DNA of 64,000 bases from Gemmatales bacterium (GTDB lineage: Bacteria; Planctomycetota; Planctomycetia; Gemmatales; HRBIN36): the NCBI GenBank assembly GCA_041640595.1, contig JBEPZY010000003.1:476342-540341 (forward strand), given 5' to 3'. A program made the position numbers and the translations under genes. The notes beneath the pieces were generated by a model that was not told where the DNA came from, did no database searches, and saw only the letters and a program-made list of their open reading frames with translations. Positions 9,517 through 19,975 of this stretch are shown piece after piece (within the stretch, counting starts at the first letter, position 1; each line of letters opens with the position of its first letter).

Positions 9517-10806
9517 ATGCCGCTGCGCAGTGTCTTTGCCAGCAACTTGCGTGCGGAGACGGCATTTACTGTGCTTGCGGTAGCGCAGCGACTGGCAGCG
9601 CAGGGCAAGGAAATCGTCGGGTTGCATATCGGCGATAGTCCGTTTCCCAGCCCGCGGGTTGCCGAGGAAGCCGCTATTAACGCCATCCGACAGGGCCAGA
9701 CGCATTATTGCCAGTCGGGCGGTTTGCCGGAAGTACGGGCCGGGATTGCGCGCTGGTATCAACGTGAATTCGGCGTAACGGTCAGCCCGGAGCAGGTTGT
9801 CGTTGGCCCCGGTGCCAAGATTTTCGAGCAGCTGTTTTGTGAAGCTGTCCTCGACCCAGGGGATGATGTCCTGGTGTTCAGCCCGTATTTTCCGACCTAT
9901 CCCCCGAATATCGCACGGCGAGAAGGGCGGTTGTGGCTGGCCAACCTGCGTGCCGATCGGCAATTTCGCCCCGATCCCGCGGAGGTGGAACGCTTCCTGC
10001 GACAGGCCCGCCGTCCCAAAGCGATATTCCTCAATTCGCCCCACAATCCGACCGGCGGCGTCGCCACTGCTGAAGACCTGCAAGCCATCGTTCAGCTGGT
10101 GCGTGGCCGCGACATTGCTATTTTCAGCGACGAACCCTATTGCCACATGGTCTGGCAGGGCCGGCATCATACCCCCTTGCAGTGGCCCGACGCCGTGGAC
10201 CAAACCGTCGCTGCTTATACGTTGAGCAAATCGTACAGCATGAGTGGCTGGCGGATCGGTTTTGCCGTGGCTGGTCGTGAATTGGCTGCCACCCTGGAGA
10301 CCCTGGTCAATACCAATCTCTCCTGCACGCCGCCATTCGTGCAACTGGCAGCGCTGGCGGCTCTGGAGCACGGCCAGCAGGAGCGCGATCAAGCGATGGC
10401 TCAGTTTCGCCGCAAAGTCGAAATTCTTGTGCGTGGTCTGCAACGCATTGACGGCATCCGTGTCGCCATGCCCGCCGGAACCTTTTACGCTTTTCCCGAT
10501 GTCAGCGTCTGGTGTCGGCGTTACGGAATTACCTCGCACGGTCTGGCCATGTATCTGCTGGAAGGAGCGGACGACTATTTCGGTGTGGCATGCCTCGGCG
10601 GCGAATGTTTCGGTGAGGCCGGGCTGGGCTATATCCGCTTCAGTTGTGCCGAGCCAGACCAGCGAATCGAACAGGCGGTGGCTTTCCTGGCGGATGCCCT
10701 GCAACGTAGCCATCGCGTGCAGAAGTATCTGCAGGAGCATCCGCAATACGCGCTTGCCGAAGCCTTGTCCGCGAGAAGCCATGTTGCCGGTTTGACAGTC
10801 GGATGA
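9517..10806 (+). CDS. PLP-dependent aminotransferase class I/II (aspartate aminotransferase-like)
   Basis: LNSPHNPTG, SDEPY and TLSKSYSMSGWRIG (PLP lysine) motifs. Confidence 0.92.
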   Translation: MPLRSVFASNLRAETAFTVLAVAQRLAAQGKEIVGLHIGDSPFPSPRVAEEAAINAIRQGQTHYCQSGGLPEVRAGIARWYQREFGVTVSPEQVVVGPGAKIFEQLFCEAVLDPGDDVLVFSPYFPTYPPNIARREGRLWLANLRADRQFRPDPAEVERFLRQARRPKAIFLNSPHNPTGGVATAEDLQAIVQLVRGRDIAIFSDEPYCHMVWQGRHHTPLQWPDAVDQTVAAYTLSKSYSMSGWRIGFAVAGRELAATLETLVNTNLSCTPPFVQLAALAALEHGQQERDQAMAQFRRKVEILVRGLQRIDGIRVAMPAGTFYAFPDVSVWCRRYGITSHGLAMYLLEGADDYFGVACLGGECFGEAGLGYIRFSCAEPDQRIEQAVAFLADALQRSHRVQKYLQEHPQYALAEALSARSHVAGLTVG

Positions 10807-10925
10807 CACACCATGCGCGATTGGCGACCAGGTAACTGTGCCATCGCCAGAATTAACCGTCCGACGGCCGCTTCCCGCTGAGCATCGGTGAGAGCGACTG
10901 GTTGGTAATCATCTGGCCTGTCAGC

Positions 10926-11744
10926 ATGCAACCGTGCCTGAGCCAGACCTTGACTCTGCAATGCAGCTTTCTCGAAGACGTGCAGCATTTTGCCGCTGCC
11001 GGCGCTCAGGCTATGGTCGTCTGGCTGACGAAACTGGAGCAAGCCGTTGCTGCTTACGGTCTGGAACGTCTCCGGGAAGCGCTGGGGCAACGGCAACTGC
11101 GCGCCGTCGCTGCTGCTGGTCAGGGCGGGTTATTCTCCGCTAGGGGTGAGCAGCGGCGTCTGGCGTTCGACCAGTTTCAGAAGCGGCTGGGATTGTGCCA
11201 GGCATTGGGCATTGAAACGGTGATCGTGGCTTGCGATTTCCCTCACATTGCCGAAGCCGGTGACTGGGAACAGGCCCTGAGGCAATTGCGACTCACCGCT
11301 CAACTGGCCGCCAGTTATCAGATTCGTCTGGCCCTGGAACCGCAAGGACGGGCTGCGTTTTGCGCCAGCCTCGATACCCTGGTGCGAGTGGTGGAAAGCT
11401 GCGGCGAGGCGAATGTCGGCGTCAACCTGGACGTGTTCCAGTACTATATCGGCCCGAGCAAACCCGAAGACCTGGCTTTGCTGACAGCCAGCAATCTCTA
11501 TTTTGTGGAACTGAGCGATCTGGCCGGCATACCCCGGGAATGGGCCCTGGATCGACACCGAATTTTACCGGGCGACGGTGAATTCCACCTTCAGCCGATT
11601 CTGGATCACTTGCGTCGCATTGGCTATCGCGGTTACGTCGCCGTCGAAGCCCCCAACCCCGACTTCTGGAGCATGAATCCGGTGCGGGTCGCCGAAACCG
11701 CCTTGCGGGCTTTAGAACGTCTCCTGCAAACGAAAAACGAGTAA
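10926..11744 (+). CDS. Sugar phosphate isomerase/epimerase (xylose isomerase-like TIM barrel)
   Basis: RLALEP, VGVNLDVFQ, ILPGDG and GYRGYVAVE motifs. Confidence 0.85.
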   Translation: MQPCLSQTLTLQCSFLEDVQHFAAAGAQAMVVWLTKLEQAVAAYGLERLREALGQRQLRAVAAAGQGGLFSARGEQRRLAFDQFQKRLGLCQALGIETVIVACDFPHIAEAGDWEQALRQLRLTAQLAASYQIRLALEPQGRAAFCASLDTLVRVVESCGEANVGVNLDVFQYYIGPSKPEDLALLTASNLYFVELSDLAGIPREWALDRHRILPGDGEFHLQPILDHLRRIGYRGYVAVEAPNPDFWSMNPVRVAETALRALERLLQTKNE

Positions 11745-12256
11745 CCCGCCTTTCTGTTCGACCGCTTCCAGACCAGATGCGGCCCATGAAAACTGTCCTG
11801 GACTCGCTTAGAGAAGGCCCCAAGGTTTGTGTTCGACCGCATCAGACCAGATACGGCGAATGGCCAAGGGGACAATGATTCGCGCCCACTTTGAAACAGC
11901 GGCATGATGAATTATGCCGCACCCCTGATTTTGGAATGGCCGGGCACAATGGTTGGCCGACCGGTGTTTCCGGCGCTGGGCAGGCGTAATTGTGGATACC
12001 CCGGACACGATGAGCGGTGTTACCGGAGCCGCTCAAAGCCTGACACCGGAAAGACGCGATGGAATCGTTCGCCGGGCGGGAACTGCTGTCGGTGAATGTG
12101 CGTATAATGTTTGGTGGCAGACCGGTACCCGGCAGGGCTGCCGACCGGTTTCGTTTGCTGAACTTGCCGGGTTGTATTGACCAGCCAGGCACAGGAGCGT
12201 AGATTGGCGGCTAAGTTAGTGGCGTCATTATCGGCCAGCACATTCGGACAATCGCC

Positions 12257-15200
12257 ATGACAGCATCCACAACTTCGTCTGCGAAAGAACCGATGACTTC
12301 CGCCCATCAGGACAATTTGCCGCAGGACATCAGCATCTGGGAGAAAATCGGCGACGCTATCGGAGCGTTTTCGGAATCTGCCGTCCGCTGGCTGACGCGG
12401 TTGCTCGGTTCCAGCAACGATCGAGCTTTGCGCGCTCTGGGCTATCGCAAGACGGGCGACCCGGAAAAGCCATACGAGGTAGTTCCCGGCTCGCTGCTGG
12501 CCCGCATCAACGATCTGGAACCACGCATGCGGGAACTGAGCAACGAAGAGTTACGCAGTCTGGGCGCGCAGTGGAAACAGCGCGTCGCCAATGGGGAATC
12601 TCTGGACGATTTGCTGGTGGAAGTGTTCGCGGCGGTTCGGGAGTCGGCGCGGCGTTATAAGGACATGCGGCATTTCGATGTGCAGATTCTGGGCGGCATT
12701 GTCCTGCACCAGGGGAAAATCGCGGAAATGGCCACCGGCGAAGGTAAAACGCTGGTGGCGACACTCCCGGCTGTCCTGAACGCTCTGACCGGCGAAGGGG
12801 TGCATATCGTTACGGTCAACGACTACCTTGCCCGCCGCGACTGCGAATGGATGACGCCGATTTATCAGGGCGTCGGTATCACCGCCGGCTATATTCAATC
12901 GGACATGGATGCGCCGCAACGGCGTCGCGCTTACGAATGCGACATCACCTACGGGACTAATAGCGAGTTCGGCTTCGACTACCTTCGCGATAACATGAAG
13001 CCCGCGCGGTGGGGCGATCCCCGCTATCCTCCCTACATGCAGCAGTGTCAGCGGGGCTTGAATTACGCGATCATTGACGAGGTGGATAACATCCTCATTG
13101 ACGAAGCCCGCACGCCGCTGATCATCTCCGGCCCGGCGTTCGGAGACATTCAAAAGTTCATCATCGCCGACCGCGTCGCCCGCCAGCTCAAACCGGGCGT
13201 GCATTTCGAGATCAAGGAAAAGGAACATGCCTGCCCGTTGACCGAGGAAGGCATCCGCGAGGCGGAACGTCTGGTCGGGGTCGAGAGTTTCTACACCGCC
13301 GGTAATATGGAATGGCCGCACCTGATTGACAACGCCCTCAAGGCCCACCACCTCTACAAGCGCGATAAGCATTACGTGGTCATGCCCCACCCGGAAACCG
13401 GGGAAATGAGCGTGATCATCGTGGACGAGTTTACCGGTCGGTTAATGATTGGCCGGCAGTGGAGCGATGGTCTGCACCAGGCCGTGGAGGCCAAAGAAGG
13501 TGTGCCCATCAAACAGGAAACGCAGACCCTGGCCACCATCACCTTGCAGAATTTCTTCCGTTTGTACAAGAAAATCGCCGGGATGACCGGTACGGCCATG
13601 ACCGAAGCCGATGAGTTCTGGAAAATCTACAAACTCGAAGTCGTGGCCATTCCCACCAACAAGCCCTTGCGACGCATCAATTACCCCGACGTGATCTTCC
13701 GCACCGAACGGGAAAAGTGGAACGCCGTCGTGGAAGAGATCGTGGAGGTGCACAAAACCGGCCGACCGATCCTCGTCGGCACCGTTTCGGTGGAGAAATC
13801 CGAAAAGCTGGGGGAAATGCTGAAACGGCGTGGCATCAAGTTTGAATTGCTCAACGCCAAACCCGAAAATGCCGCTCGTGAAGCTGAGATTATCGCTCAG
13901 GCTGGCCGCATCGGAGCGGTGACCATCGCCACCAACATGGCCGGTCGCGGCACCGACATTATTCTGGGGGGCAATCCCGAATTCCTTGCCTGGGCCAAAC
14001 TCCGCCATCAGTATCCCAGCCGACTCGATGTTCCTCCCGACATCTGGAAGAAAACTGTCGAGGAAATCGAAGCCCAGGAGAAGATGAAAGAAGAAGGCCG
14101 CAAGGTTGCCGAACTGGGCGGCCTGCACGTCATCGGTACGGAGCGGCATGAGGCTCGCCGGATTGATAATCAGTTGCGGGGTCGTGCCGGTCGTCAGGGC
14201 GATCCTGGCTCCAGTCGCTTTTTCCTCTCTCTGGAAGACGACCTGATGCGGATTTTCGCCGGCGACTGGGTCAAAAAGGTGCTCACCGCCCTGGGCATGA
14301 AAGAGGGCGAATGCATCGAAAGCCCGATGGTCAGCCGCCAGATCGCCAAAGCCCAGAAACGAGTCGAGGAACGCAACTTCGACATCCGCAAGAACCTCCT
14401 CGAATACGACGAGGTCATGGATTTGCAACGGCGGCGGGTGTACGGCTATCGCCAGGAGTTGCTCGAGGGTGCCAACGGTCGGCTGCGCATCCTGCAAATG
14501 ATGCGACAACAGATCGAGAAGGCGGTCGCCCGTTATCTCGATGAAAACTACCCGGCGGAATCGTTCGCCGCCTATGCCAGTTCGCGTTTCGGCGTGGAAC
14601 TGGAAGCGGATGATTTTCGTCGTTGTACTTTTGATGAGGCCCAGCGGATCGCCCGCGACCGTGCCCAAAGCCTGGCTGTGAGCTTGTTGCAGGACCAGAT
14701 CGAAGAATGTTTCAATCCAGCTGAGGACCGGGCGGACTGGAAATGGGAGGCGTTCCGGAAATTCCTCCTGTCGCGCTGGAACATTCAATGGAGCATCCGC
14801 AAACTGCAAGAGACGGACCGCGACGAGCTCGTCGAAAAACTCCTGCCGGAAATCACCGCCTATATCGAAAAGCTCGACCTGCAGGAAGGAGCCGCCTTTT
14901 TTGACCCGGACTATGGGCTGAAAAGTTTGTGCGAGTGGGCGAATCGGAAGTTTGTGCTCGGATTGAAGCTGGAGGAACTGCGCAACAAGCAGGCGGAAGA
15001 ACTGGTGGAGTTGCTCTACCAGCGGTGCCTGGAAATGTACCGCCGGCGCGATGTGGAGTTTCCGGTGCAAGTCGGTCTGGCTCGTTTTCTCCCCGAACGA
15101 TCCGTTCTGGGTGTACCTCTCAATGACCGGGCCGGATTGCTGGCCTGGGCCCGGCAACGCTTTGCCCCGGCGGCAGAGCTATTCAACGAGCACGATTTTG

Positions 15201-15934
15201 AGCATCTGTCGCGTGCCCAGTTAAAGGCCGTTTTGCTGGAAGCCAGCCAACGAACCTATCCGGCCGACGGCCTGGAGCAGATAGAGCGAAAACTCGCGGA
15301 AACCTTCGGCGAGCAGGAATCCTTGAGCGAATCCGACGCCGCTCGTCTGGCCGAATGGGCGCAGCAAACCTTGCAACTTCAGGTGCAGCCGCAGGATTTG
15401 CGTCATGTTGACCGCGACACCGCCCGGCAGGTGCTGGCTAATGCCTTTGACGACCGCTACCGGCCCGAAATGCGAACCATGGAGCGCTCCCTTATCCTCA
15501 ACGTCCTCGACTCCGCCTGGAAAGACCACCTGTACGCGATGGATTATTTGCGGGCCGGTGTCGGGCTGGTCGGTTATGCCCAGATCGATCCCAAGACCGA
15601 ATACAAGCGGCAGGGAATGAAACAGTTCGAGGTGATGTGGGAAAATGTTGCCGACCGCGTCACCGATCTCGTCTTCCGTATGGAAGAAGGCGGCGACGAA
15701 GTAATGGAAACGGTCTGGCACATCACCGCCACCACCCACGAATCGCCGCCTCCGGTTCTTTCCGCCGATAGCATTCGGGCGCAGCAGCAGGAGGCGATAG
15801 CCAATTCGCAACGGGGCGAGGCCAAGAAGACCGAGCCGATTCGCAACACTGCCCCGCGCGTCGGACGCAACGATCCATGCCCGTGCGGCAGCGGCAAGAA
15901 GTACAAACATTGCTGCCTCAAGGCACGCTCCTGA
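12257..15934 (+). CDS. secA: Preprotein translocase ATPase SecA, 1225 aa
   Basis: [38 protein letters not shown] and [13 protein letters not shown] motifs; C-terminal SEC-C motif [18 protein letters not shown]. Confidence 0.98.
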   Translation: MTASTTSSAKEPMTSAHQDNLPQDISIWEKIGDAIGAFSESAVRWLTRLLGSSNDRALRALGYRKTGDPEKPYEVVPGSLLARINDLEPRMRELSNEELRSLGAQWKQRVANGESLDDLLVEVFAAVRESARRYKDMRHFDVQILGGIVLHQGKIAEMATGEGKTLVATLPAVLNALTGEGVHIVTVNDYLARRDCEWMTPIYQGVGITAGYIQSDMDAPQRRRAYECDITYGTNSEFGFDYLRDNMKPARWGDPRYPPYMQQCQRGLNYAIIDEVDNILIDEARTPLIISGPAFGDIQKFIIADRVARQLKPGVHFEIKEKEHACPLTEEGIREAERLVGVESFYTAGNMEWPHLIDNALKAHHLYKRDKHYVVMPHPETGEMSVIIVDEFTGRLMIGRQWSDGLHQAVEAKEGVPIKQETQTLATITLQNFFRLYKKIAGMTGTAMTEADEFWKIYKLEVVAIPTNKPLRRINYPDVIFRTEREKWNAVVEEIVEVHKTGRPILVGTVSVEKSEKLGEMLKRRGIKFELLNAKPENAAREAEIIAQAGRIGAVTIATNMAGRGTDIILGGNPEFLAWAKLRHQYPSRLDVPPDIWKKTVEEIEAQEKMKEEGRKVAELGGLHVIGTERHEARRIDNQLRGRAGRQGDPGSSRFFLSLEDDLMRIFAGDWVKKVLTALGMKEGECIESPMVSRQIAKAQKRVEERNFDIRKNLLEYDEVMDLQRRRVYGYRQELLEGANGRLRILQMMRQQIEKAVARYLDENYPAESFAAYASSRFGVELEADDFRRCTFDEAQRIARDRAQSLAVSLLQDQIEECFNPAEDRADWKWEAFRKFLLSRWNIQWSIRKLQETDRDELVEKLLPEITAYIEKLDLQEGAAFFDPDYGLKSLCEWANRKFVLGLKLEELRNKQAEELVELLYQRCLEMYRRRDVEFPVQVGLARFLPERSVLGVPLNDRAGLLAWARQRFAPAAELFNEHDFEHLSRAQLKAVLLEASQRTYPADGLEQIERKLAETFGEQESLSESDAARLAEWAQQTLQLQVQPQDLRHVDRDTARQVLANAFDDRYRPEMRTMERSLILNVLDSAWKDHLYAMDYLRAGVGLVGYAQIDPKTEYKRQGMKQFEVMWENVADRVTDLVFRMEEGGDEVMETVWHITATTHESPPPVLSADSIRAQQQEAIANSQRGEAKKTEPIRNTAPRVGRNDPCPCGSGKKYKHCCLKARS

Positions 15935-15989
15935 CACTTCCCGGCCGCCACAACGGATTGCTGGCCATCTCCGGACAGGATGTCCCCTT

Positions 15990-17354
15990 ATGCCCAACCT
16001 GCTCGATGCCCTCTACGCGCTGGCCCTGATGGGTGTTAGCCCCTGGCTGTTGTGGCAGCGTTGGCGTTACGGCAAATATCGCCGCGGTATGTGGCAGAAA
16101 CTGACCGGCTCTTTGCCACCCCGCCCCGAGCCTGGACCGTGTTTGTGGCTGCACGCCGTTAGCGTCGGGGAAGTGTTACTTTTACGTCCGTTTCTGGCAC
16201 AACTTCGCCACCAGTATCCGCACTGGCAAGTGTACCTGACCGTGGGCACGGAAAGCGGTCTGGAAATGGCCCGCCGACACTTTCCGGATCTGCTTACCAC
16301 ATTCGCTCCCGCAGATTTCACCTGGGCCATTCGCCAGGCTTTCGACCGCATTCGGCCCGACCTGATTTTGCTGACCGAAGTGGAACTCTGGCCCAACTGG
16401 CTGGCGGAAGCGCGACGCCGCCAGGTGCCTGTAGCCGTGATCAATGGCCGGCTCAGTCCCCGCAGTTTTCACCGCTACCGCTGGCTGGGCCGTGCTTTTG
16501 CTCGCTACACTGCCGCTATCCGATTGTGGGCCATGCAAAACCAACTCTACGCCGAGCGTTTACGCCAGCTCCACATACCGGCGGAACGAATTGCGGTCAC
16601 CGGTTCGATGAAATTCGATGGCCTGAACCGAGCAGGTATCAGCACGCAGACACGCACACTGGCCGAATTGTTTGGGCTGAGCCAGCCCGATGATCCCGGG
16701 AAAACCGAAATGGTTTGGGTCGCCGGCAGCACCCAGGAACCGGAAGAACGAATCGTGCTCGATGTTTATCGAAGCTTGCTCAAACGTTTCCCAGGTCTGC
16801 GACTCATCCTGGTGCCGCGCCATCCGGAACGTTGTCCGGAGCTGGCGCGCTGGATGGAATCGTCTGGCTGGACGGTGATTCGCCGCAGCACCCTGGGACA
16901 GACAACCGAGCGTTCCCGCTCCCTCGACCCCGCGTGTCCGGGCAACTCTCCGCAACAATCTCCGCCCGTTATCCTTGTGGACACCCTGGGGGAACTCATC
17001 CACGTCTGGGGTCTGGCGGACGTCGCTTTTGTCGGTGGCAGTTTCGGCAACCGCGGCGGGCAGAACATGCTGGAACCCGCGGCCCTGGGCGTGGCGGTGG
17101 TTTTCGGCCCCAATGTTTGGAATTTCCAGGATGTTGCCGAGCAACTGTGTCATCACCGGGCCGCACGCCAGGTTCTTTCCCCGCAGGAGTTGGAAGCCGC
17201 TTTATCGGAACTGTTATCCACACCCTATCTCCGCCAGGAAATCGGACACCGAGCTCGCCAGTTCGTGCAAACGCAGCAAGGCGCTGTCCTTCGCACACTA
17301 ACGACTTTACAACCATTGCTCGATCATTCAACCGCCCGCACCCAAGCCGCCTGA
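15990..17354 (+). CDS. waaA: 3-deoxy-D-manno-octulosonic acid (Kdo) transferase
   Basis: WLHAVSVGE, EVELWPN, INGRLS, LVPRHPER and FVGGSF..GGQNMLEPA motifs. Confidence 0.95.
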   Translation: MPNLLDALYALALMGVSPWLLWQRWRYGKYRRGMWQKLTGSLPPRPEPGPCLWLHAVSVGEVLLLRPFLAQLRHQYPHWQVYLTVGTESGLEMARRHFPDLLTTFAPADFTWAIRQAFDRIRPDLILLTEVELWPNWLAEARRRQVPVAVINGRLSPRSFHRYRWLGRAFARYTAAIRLWAMQNQLYAERLRQLHIPAERIAVTGSMKFDGLNRAGISTQTRTLAELFGLSQPDDPGKTEMVWVAGSTQEPEERIVLDVYRSLLKRFPGLRLILVPRHPERCPELARWMESSGWTVIRRSTLGQTTERSRSLDPACPGNSPQQSPPVILVDTLGELIHVWGLADVAFVGGSFGNRGGQNMLEPAALGVAVVFGPNVWNFQDVAEQLCHHRAARQVLSPQELEAALSELLSTPYLRQEIGHRARQFVQTQQGAVLRTLTTLQPLLDHSTARTQAA

Positions 17355-17685
17355 GAGCTGCCGACCTGTTCAGTCCGCCGTTACAATGCGTTTTTTCGAC
17401 ACTTGCAGCATTCGATGGGCTGTCCAAACCCAGGTTCTTTCCGGCAGATGCGAATTTCCCACCATTTTTTAGCCGAAAAGGATGCCAGCCGGATGAGCAA
17501 AACCTGGGCCGAATACGATGGCCTTCCAGGAAGCGAGCCATTCCAATCCCCAGGAAGACGGCCAGCCCCATCGCACAGAACACCCGTCATGTGGCAAGGA
17601 TGTAGTTCATTCGGCCCAGCCTGGCGGAATCTCTTTCCTGGCAAAAAGGTAACCTCCTGAACCCTCGAAGCAAAGGAGAAGGTCT

Positions 17686-18228
17686 ATGCGCAAAAGCTGG
17701 CTCATGCTGGCCCTTTTCGGATGGTGCAGTTGGTGGACCGCTGCCTGGGCACAGGACTCCGTCGTGCCGGTGCAACCGGAAATTGTCCTGGTTGACCACC
17801 ATGCGGAAGCCAAACCCGCCCCAAGTGCCTGCGCTCCCAGTTGCGCCTGCCGGCCGACATTCTGTCTGCCACGAATTTCGCTTTCAGGCCTGTTCTGTCG
17901 GCTGCAACCCTCGTGTCAACCCTGTCCGCAGCCGTGTCCGCCTTCCTGTCCCAAAGTACACGCTGCTCCGTGCTGCGGTCACCACGTTCGGCCACTCTTC
18001 TGCCGCGAACCGCAGCCCTGCCCCAGGCCAGTAGTGCATTGCCATGTGCAGGCTCCCGTTTGCCATCAACCCTGTCCGAGTTCCTGCCACCCAAGCCTGC
18101 TCGAACGCCTGCACAATCTCCTCCGCCGCGATTGCTCCGCCCCCTGCTCCGCTACGTGTGCGCCAGTAACCCCGGCCCCTGCGAAATCCGAACCGGAAAA
18201 GGCTCCCCTTCCCAAACCAGCTAAGTAA
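17686..18228 (+). CDS. Secreted Cys/His/Pro-rich hypothetical protein
   Basis: AAGGAG RBS; signal peptide ending AWA-QD; 21 Cys and 10 His in 180 aa; followed by a terminator. Confidence 0.8.
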   Translation: MRKSWLMLALFGWCSWWTAAWAQDSVVPVQPEIVLVDHHAEAKPAPSACAPSCACRPTFCLPRISLSGLFCRLQPSCQPCPQPCPPSCPKVHAAPCCGHHVRPLFCREPQPCPRPVVHCHVQAPVCHQPCPSSCHPSLLERLHNLLRRDCSAPCSATCAPVTPAPAKSEPEKAPLPKPAK

Positions 18229-18303
18229 CTATCTTACCCTGCTCATCTCGACCCGCTAAGCAACAACGCTCAACCTGCACTAACCAGACCGTTATTCGCT
18301 CAC

Positions 18304-18331
18304 GGGCGGTACCCACCGCCCTTTTTTGTTT
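18304..18331 (+). terminator. Rho-independent terminator
   Basis: GGGCGGT-ACCC-ACCGCCC hairpin followed by TTTTTTGTTT. Confidence 0.8.
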
Positions 18332-18462
18332 ACCTTCGTCAGCCCACTAAATTAATTCCAGGCCGAACACGACCTTGCCGGTTTTCCTCGACGTGCCGAT
18401 TTTATTCAACTTATCGCTCCCCTAATGACGATTGGGTATTCGGGACAACCAGGGAGCGATTT

Positions 18463-19938
18463 ATGTTAGACTCCATTTCGTCCCTGCTCTTTTCAATGTC
18501 GTGCCAGCATTTAGTGCTTGCGGCACGCAGTAGATTTATTCTGCTAAGCTCAGCCGCTACGCTCTTAGTTTTCCTGCCCGTTGCCTGTATGACCTCTGAA
18601 GCTGTACACGTTTATATACCACCTGTCTCCAGCGAACCTGCGGCTGGCCGGGATCACATCTTGACCGCTTTTCCGCCAGCTGATAATGCGCCGCTTCCCC
18701 GCGACATAACGGATGCCGACGCTGCGCTTTTCAAAGGCCCGGAACTTACGTTATCGGAGTTAATTAGTGCCGTACTGACCCGCAATCCCACACTGACTGA
18801 AATGAATGCCGCCTGGCAAGCGGTCCTCGCTCGTGTTCCCCAAATCTCCGCCTACGACGATCCCATGTTCCGCGTAACCGTCGGCCCAGGCTCTATCAGT
18901 TCCGACACTGTAGATTTTGCATATCGTCTGGAAATCAGTCAGAAAATCCCTTTTCCTGGCAAACTAAGTCTGCGCTGGGAACAAGCCACCCGCGAAGCCG
19001 ACGCTGCTGCCAGCGACTACCTCGATGCTCGCTTGCAAATCATCGAGGCGACCTGCTTGCTTTATTATGAGTACTACCTCGTTCACCGTGCCCTCGAAGT
19101 CAATCAAGAGAACCTGAAACTTTTGCAGGAAGCCCGGCGCACCGCCGAAGCCCGCGTTCGTACGGGTCAGTCGCCGCAACAGGAATTGCTCCAGATCGAA
19201 GTTGAACTTGGCAAACAACGGGAGCGTGAACTTATACTCCGCCGCACACTCACCGTAACTAAAGCACGCATCAATGCCCTGCTCCATCGCCTGCCCGATG
19301 ATCCCTTACCCCCTCCGGTTTCTCAACTTGTCCCTGCGGCGGATCTGCCGCCTCTTGAACAACTCTATAGTTCCGCCCTGCTTTATCGTCCCGATCTAAA
19401 AGCAGCACGGCAACGTTTAGAAGCCGAGCAGCTTAGTCTGGCACTTGCTGAGCGAGAATATTATCCAGACTTAGAGGTCATGGCTGCTTACGATGCCTTT
19501 TGGCAGGAACGCCCTCTGCGTACCATGATCGGATTCGGTGTTAATCTTCCGGTGCAACTGAGTCGGCGTCGCGCTGCCCTTGCTGAAAGCCTGGCTCGTA
19601 TTACTCGACGCCAGGCCGAACTAAACCGCTTGACTGACCAGATCCATCTCCAGGTGCGTGATGCCTATACGCGAGTCGAGGAGAATTCCCAGCTTTTGCA
19701 ACTGTATGACAAGCAGCTTATCCCCGCCGCTCAGGCTAACGTTCGGGAAGCCGTTGCCGCCTATACTGCCGGTCGCATTCCCCTGCTGGGCCTGCTTGAA
19801 GCGCAACGTAATCTCGTACAGTTGCGCGACCGTTACTTTGAAATTTTCGCAGATTACTATCGCTCCAGGGCTTCTTTAGAGCGGGCCGTGGGCGCTCCGC
19901 TAATCCACGACGAGAAAGCAACCCATAATCATCCCTGA
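18463..19938 (+). CDS. TolC-family outer-membrane efflux protein (CusC/CzcC-like)
   Basis: Lipobox-like LPVAC; ISQKIPFPGKL motif; two OEP-type helical repeats; C-terminal LLEAQR..LERAVG. Confidence 0.88.
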   Translation: MLDSISSLLFSMSCQHLVLAARSRFILLSSAATLLVFLPVACMTSEAVHVYIPPVSSEPAAGRDHILTAFPPADNAPLPRDITDADAALFKGPELTLSELISAVLTRNPTLTEMNAAWQAVLARVPQISAYDDPMFRVTVGPGSISSDTVDFAYRLEISQKIPFPGKLSLRWEQATREADAAASDYLDARLQIIEATCLLYYEYYLVHRALEVNQENLKLLQEARRTAEARVRTGQSPQQELLQIEVELGKQRERELILRRTLTVTKARINALLHRLPDDPLPPPVSQLVPAADLPPLEQLYSSALLYRPDLKAARQRLEAEQLSLALAEREYYPDLEVMAAYDAFWQERPLRTMIGFGVNLPVQLSRRRAALAESLARITRRQAELNRLTDQIHLQVRDAYTRVEENSQLLQLYDKQLIPAAQANVREAVAAYTAGRIPLLGLLEAQRNLVQLRDRYFEIFADYYRSRASLERAVGAPLIHDEKATHNHP

Positions 19939-19975
19939 CGAGTCCTTAGTGCCACGTCCTTCATCCGGTCGGGTT

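Noticed and set aside
13442..15157. Long antisense ORFs, e.g. 571 aa opposite secA; also 9484-10809, 29109-30272, 35243-36595 and 48377-49396
   Set aside because: Shadow ORFs expected opposite real genes in GC-rich DNA; no recognisable motifs
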